IMG/VR virus record: IMGVR_UViG_3300044620_001996
Reading direction: 5' to 3' (one strand)
Source of the DNA: an uncultured virus (IMG/VR IMGVR_UViG_3300044620_001996)
Lineage: Duplodnaviria; Heunggongvirae; Uroviricota; Caudoviricetes
Length of the DNA stretch: 64,000 nucleotides
Positions 59,535-64,000 of this stretch are shown piece by piece. Both the position numbers and the translations under genes were made by a program. Each line of letters opens with the position of its first letter. Position 1 is the stretch's first letter. The notes beneath the pieces were generated by a model that made no database searches, was not told the DNA's origin, and saw only the letters and a program-made list of their open reading frames with translations.

Positions 59535-61229
59535 TGGCGTTTCCTCCGCTGCCTCCAACCAGCCGCGACTTCAGCCCAGGTGACTGGCCGATCAAGCGTT
59601 TCAGCTCTCAATCTGGTGCTGAAGTGCGCATTCTGTATGGAAGTCAGCGGATTAACGCCAAACTTAAACTAGGCTACGAAAACATTAGTGATACAAACGC
59701 ACAACTGTTTCTAGATGACTACGCAGCCCAAATTGGCACACTACGCACGTTTGACTTACCGGTAGCCACGCGCACTGGCTGGAGTGGCAGCTCTGGCAGT
59801 ATTGACGCGCCCCCGGGGACACGCTGGCGCTACGAGAACGAACCATCGATAAAAGCAGTTCGCCCTGGTCGCAGTAGCGTTACAGTGAATCTGGTGGCTG
59901 TGATCTGATGGCAAAGGTCTATACCGGGCGCGACGGCCGCCTCTTAATCGACGGACTCGAGCAGATCAAGGTAACAAATTGGTCAATGTCGGGCAATCTA
60001 GAGACGCTTGAAACGACCAGCCTTGGTGATAACCAACGTACATACGTACCGGGCGTACAAGACTTTAGCGGCAGCGCTACCTTGCTGTACTACAACGACG
60101 GGACAGGGCGTAACGATGCCGCTACAGCGCTTAAACACTTACTAAGAATTGGTGCAGTAGCTGAATCTGATACAGTAGATCTTAGACTTAGGCTCTCGGA
60201 AGGTAGCAGTAATCATGATGTACGATTAACTGCATACATCACTAATGCTAGTTTTGGTGCCAGTGTAGGGGAAGTTAGTTCCGCTCAGATCAGTTTTCAA
60301 GGAACAGGAGCGCTTACAGCGGTGACCATATAATGGGTATTTATTTAGGACAAATTGGACAGATAGAACTCAGCCGCAAATCACTAGAAGGCTCCTTAGA
60401 ATCTGTCGTAAACCCCTCTGATGTAAACCCTGAGCGTGACCGCTTTAGTTTTGATTTTGATGAAGGCTGTTTAATCAGTGGTGACCTGATTGAGATAACA
60501 GCAACTGACGGAACAACGCTCGACTTCATCACCGCCGCTGGTTGGGCAATCGGTGCGGTGCAGCCAAGTGGCAACTGGTACGTTTTTATTGACGAGCTCG
60601 GTGGGATACGGCTTTATGATAACTTTGACGACAGCTTAGAAGGTAGTACCGCTGGCCAAATAAGCCTCGCAGCAATCACACGCAATATCCCTATACGTGT
60701 TACTGTGCGCGATCGCGATTCACGCATATTAGCTAATGTTGTTGAGTATGAACTCAACACTAATCGTGAGACGGTTGACGTCACCGCACTCAGCGATCAG
60801 CATCGTCAGCAGTACAGCAGCCTTATCACAGGTAGTGGCAGGCTTACTGCTCATTGGGATTACACCAATATCACAGGCGCGGAGCCTGTTCACTACTTAA
60901 TGCAGCTAGTTATACGTACCGAGGTCGGCTCAGCTTTCCACGGCAAGTTTTACGTCAAAGCGCAAGACACCAGAGCTCGGGGCGGCGCGTTCGACGCTAC
61001 TCAAATTAACGATGCTCTCTGGTGGGAATTCGATGCTTTAGTGACAAATTCTGCTGTTAGTTTTACTGCAGACAGCATTATAGTTGGTACTATTGATTTT
61101 GTAGCTACGGGCCCAATACGGCTGCGAGCTCGCACACAGCAGCGACGCTACTTACTACAAGAATCAGGTGACAAAATAGAGTTAGAGCAAGATCCGACTT
61201 CTTACCTACTATTAGAAGAGCTGGAGTGA
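59534..61229 (+). CDS. Three tail/baseplate proteins (59534-59908, 59908-60333, 60333-61229)
   Basis: Coupled ORFs; tube-like LETTSLGD and VDVTALSD motifs. Confidence 0.6.
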
Positions 61230-61275
61230 GCCCTATACTGGGCATAACTGTAAGCACTGCCAGGAAGCTGCGGGC

Positions 61276-62949
61276 ATGGCCGATCTCAGGATTACGGAAC
61301 TGGCGGCTCTTGCTGGTGGCGATCTCGCGGCTGGTGACCTGCTGGCGATTGCGGATATCAGCGCCAGTGAAACCAAGAAGATCACAGTCACCGACCTGGT
61401 TGGTCGGGCTACCACTCTGATTGCTGACGCCACGATTCCAGGCGCCAAAATACTATTCGGTAGCGAGCAGATCGCTGGTAGCGCCATCGCGAGTGGTGGC
61501 ATCGGCGCAACCCAGCTCGCCAACGACGCTGTAACCGCCGCCAAACTGGCCGACGAATCCACTGTCGATCTCGTCACAACGCTCCCCGCCTCCGGCGCTT
61601 TCGTTGGTCAGATCGCACTGGACACCGACGACAGCAAGATCTACTGCTGGAACGGCAGCACTTGGGTCAGCATCAAAGCCGCCGGCAGCGTCAACACCGT
61701 TATCGGCAGCAGTAGCGGTGTCGTCAATATCAGCGTTACCACCTCCGGCGACGAAGTCACGATCAGCACCACGCTGGACAACACCAGCGCCGCAGCACAA
61801 TTCCTCGCTGGTCCGACTGCCGCTGCTGGAGCTGTAGGCTACCGCACGATTGCTGCAGGCGACCTGCCAACTGCCACTACAAGCGCCAAGGGTGCTGTTG
61901 TCGTCAACGGCAACGGTCTGGTGCTAAGCGGCGACACCATCACCATCAATAACACGGTCACCGCCGAAGCTAGCAATTACCATGTTGTTCAGTACACCTC
62001 CAAGGGACTTGTAACCGGTGGCCGCACACTCGTAGGTGCTGATGTACCTGTAGCCACCGTAAGTACGGTTGGTGTTATCAGTCCCGGTAGTGGTTTAGGT
62101 GTTACCGGTCTCGGTACCCTCAATCACAGCAATGCAGTCGTTGGAGGTACTGCAGCTAAAGTCACATACGACAATCAAGGCCACATAACCAGCGCGCTAT
62201 CTCTCAGCTCTACTGATATTCCAGATCTTGACGCTAGCAAGATTACAAGCGGCACATTCAGCACTGCCCGTCTTGCACCAAACAGCGTCACCGCAGATCA
62301 GCTAGCTGACTACGGAATCGCGCAAGTCAGCAGCTCGCAGCCTGTCCCCGAGTTCGCCGGCCAACTCTGGATCAATCCCACCGACCGCACCGCTTACGTC
62401 TGGGTCGGTCAAGTCTCCCCAGCTCAGGGCTACTACCTCCCACTTAACAACGAGTTCGGCGCTCAGGCCAACTTGCGTTTCGGTGGTACGTACAACGCTA
62501 ACACCAACACCATCGCCAGCCTGAACACTTACGGCGCCGGCGCTGGTCTGACAGTTGGATCCTCGCTGGTTGCCCCGACGGCAGCCAGCGCTGGCGTTTA
62601 TCTGCTGGTAACCACTGCTGGCACTGGCGTAGCACCTGCACCAGCTGTCGCCCTCGACGTTGGCGACTGGATCCTCAGCCCCGGCCAAGGCACAACGTGG
62701 ACACACGTCAACTTGGTTGGCGCGGGCATCAGCGTGATTGATGCTGGTGACGTCACTTTCTCTGGTGGCTCCTTAACGCCCGCCATGACTGGCGTCGCGG
62801 ACGCCGAAGCAGCTCTGACCACATTGTGGGGCCGCGTCCAGATCGCCACAGCATCAACGCTAGGCATTGTCCTCGAAACAACCGAGATCGAGGTCAACAA
62901 CTCCACGGGTGCCATGACAGTTGGCACTGTCGATGAAGGCACCTACTGA
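61276..62949 (+). CDS. Tail fibre-like structural protein
   Basis: MADLRITELAAL; VTAAKLA repeats; ends VDEGTY. Confidence 0.7.
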   Translation: MADLRITELAALAGGDLAAGDLLAIADISASETKKITVTDLVGRATTLIADATIPGAKILFGSEQIAGSAIASGGIGATQLANDAVTAAKLADESTVDLVTTLPASGAFVGQIALDTDDSKIYCWNGSTWVSIKAAGSVNTVIGSSSGVVNISVTTSGDEVTISTTLDNTSAAAQFLAGPTAAAGAVGYRTIAAGDLPTATTSAKGAVVVNGNGLVLSGDTITINNTVTAEASNYHVVQYTSKGLVTGGRTLVGADVPVATVSTVGVISPGSGLGVTGLGTLNHSNAVVGGTAAKVTYDNQGHITSALSLSSTDIPDLDASKITSGTFSTARLAPNSVTADQLADYGIAQVSSSQPVPEFAGQLWINPTDRTAYVWVGQVSPAQGYYLPLNNEFGAQANLRFGGTYNANTNTIASLNTYGAGAGLTVGSSLVAPTAASAGVYLLVTTAGTGVAPAPAVALDVGDWILSPGQGTTWTHVNLVGAGISVIDAGDVTFSGGSLTPAMTGVADAEAALTTLWGRVQIATASTLGIVLETTEIEVNNSTGAMTVGTVDEGTY

Positions 62950-62957
62950 GTGGTGGC

Positions 62958-63116
62958 ATGTCCGGCTTTAATTACAATGGCGAAAACCTGCCCAAAGGAG
63001 GCACACCCGGTGAGCTGCTTGTAAAAGTCAGCAACGCCGATTACTACGTCCAATACAAAACTCTCACGGAAGTCTTCGCCGAGTACGAATTCGAGATCGA
63101 CGAGGGCGAATACTAG
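62958..63116 (+). CDS. Small tail-associated protein (not in the ORF track)
   Basis: 52 aa, MSGFNYNGENLPKGGTPGELLVK...IDEGEY. Confidence 0.6.
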   Translation: MSGFNYNGENLPKGGTPGELLVKVSNADYYVQYKTLTEVFAEYEFEIDEGEY

Positions 63117-63153
63117 ACTGGGCCGTAACGCCGTCCCAGAGGGGAGTTAAGGC

Positions 63154-64000
63154 ATGGCTACTTGGCAGCATCTCCGTAGCAGCACCGCAAATAAGCGCCC
63201 CACCACCAGCTTGGCTGACGGGCGCATTGCGATCAACACGAATACCGCAAGCCCCGGCCTTTTCTTCAAGGATTCTGCTGGTACAGGCATCGTCAAGGTC
63301 GGCCCTGTCCACGTAGGTACCACAGCGCCGAACAGTGTGCCGGCTTCCGGCGGCAGCACCGGAAACTACACAGGTGAGCAGTGGCTGGACACGAGTGTGT
63401 CCCCTGCTCAGATGAAAGTCTGGAACGGCAGCACCTGGGTCGGCATTGTCGCCGACGAACTGCCTGTCTCCAAACTGCAAGACGGTGCTGCCCGCCAGCT
63501 CATCCAAACTGATGCTGCTGGTACTGGTGTTGAGTGGACCAGCAACGTTGATGTACCAGGCACGCTGGACGTTACCAGCACCGCAACATTCGACAGCATT
63601 GCGCAGCATCCGTTGGGTACTGCTGGCGCACCGACGATTACCTTCACCGGTGACACCAACACCGGCCTGTACTCCCCCGGCGCAGACCAAGTAGCCATCT
63701 CGACTAATGGCACTGGGCGGCTGTTTGTTGATGCGAGTGGGAATGTTGGAGTAGGACCAGTATCTACATCCTCATTCCAGTCTGCATCGTCTACAGTATT
63801 GTCTTTAAGAGATACTGCCAGTAGCAATATTGCTTCATTGAAAGTACTCGGTGGCGCAGGCGCAGGCGCTATTGCAGAGTATGGAGCAACAAACGGCATT
63901 GGTTTTTGTGGCACTAGCGGCGCTCACGACTTTGCTTTTTATACAAACTCCAGCGAGCGCATGCGCCTGGACTCCAGTGGCCGATTGGGGCTGGGGACTA
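63154..64000 (+). CDS. Tail fibre, N-terminal part (3' truncated)
   Basis: MATWQHLRSSTANKRP...KVGPVHVGTTAPN; ends RMRLDSSGRLGLGT, the same repeat type as 2-1441. Confidence 0.85.
   Translation, partial: MATWQHLRSSTANKRPTTSLADGRIAINTNTASPGLFFKDSAGTGIVKVGPVHVGTTAPNSVPASGGSTGNYTGEQWLDTSVSPAQMKVWNGSTWVGIVADELPVSKLQDGAARQLIQTDAAGTGVEWTSNVDVPGTLDVTSTATFDSIAQHPLGTAGAPTITFTGDTNTGLYSPGADQVAISTNGTGRLFVDASGNVGVGPVSTSSFQSASSTVLSLRDTASSNIASLKVLGGAGAGAIAEYGATNGIGFCGTSGAHDFAFYTNSSERMRLDSSGRLGLGT

Noticed and set aside
63981..64000. Terminal overlap with the window start (CTGGGGACTA also at 119-128)
   Set aside because: Flanks differ; these are separate copies of the fibre peptide repeat, not an assembly overlap.

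Overview
The window is almost the whole genome of a long-tailed (siphovirus-like) phage, circularly permuted: a tail-fibre gene starts at 63154, runs off the end, and a matching tail-fibre C-terminal part occupies 2-1441. A cyAbrB regulator, cyanobacterial-type ThyX, an RpoD-like sigma factor and an NblA-like ORF point to a picocyanobacterial host (inference). Modules in order: small-ORF array and tyrosine recombinase (1.4-3.4 kb); lysis and replication on the minus strand (two-domain endolysin, cyAbrB, PolA, primase-helicase; 4.5-11.5 kb); SSB, exonuclease, dNMP kinase and sigma (11.7-15.5 kb); a promoter and structured leader region (16.3-17.1 kb); C-rich early genes with thyX and dcd (17-29 kb); terminase, DUF1073 portal and MuF; head (DUF2213 protease-scaffold, DUF2184 capsid); tail. 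Two candidate new systems stand out. (1) Six modular head-associated genes (33.6-41.3 kb) are built from shared parts: an MTLTP..RxD leader, a CGxxxI[PS]xxxxC module (7 copies), a hydrophobic helix, variable cargo (including a J-domain) and a DS[IV][WY]A[AD]GF tag. R-x-D also lies near the N-termini of portal, protease and capsid, suggesting protease-released, swappable virion cargo. (2) Three single-ORF cassettes are bounded by four 17-bp GTAGTC-N5-CACTA-like direct repeats, behind a promoter and beside a tyrosine recombinase, an integron-like layout. Also seen: an iteron cluster inside the primase gene, 20-bp phased repeats before the portal, a TANNCTG late-promoter motif, a GGGAAAC tail-chaperone frameshift and a permuted M23 domain in the tape measure. 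All family assignments are by-eye motif recognition; no database search was run.
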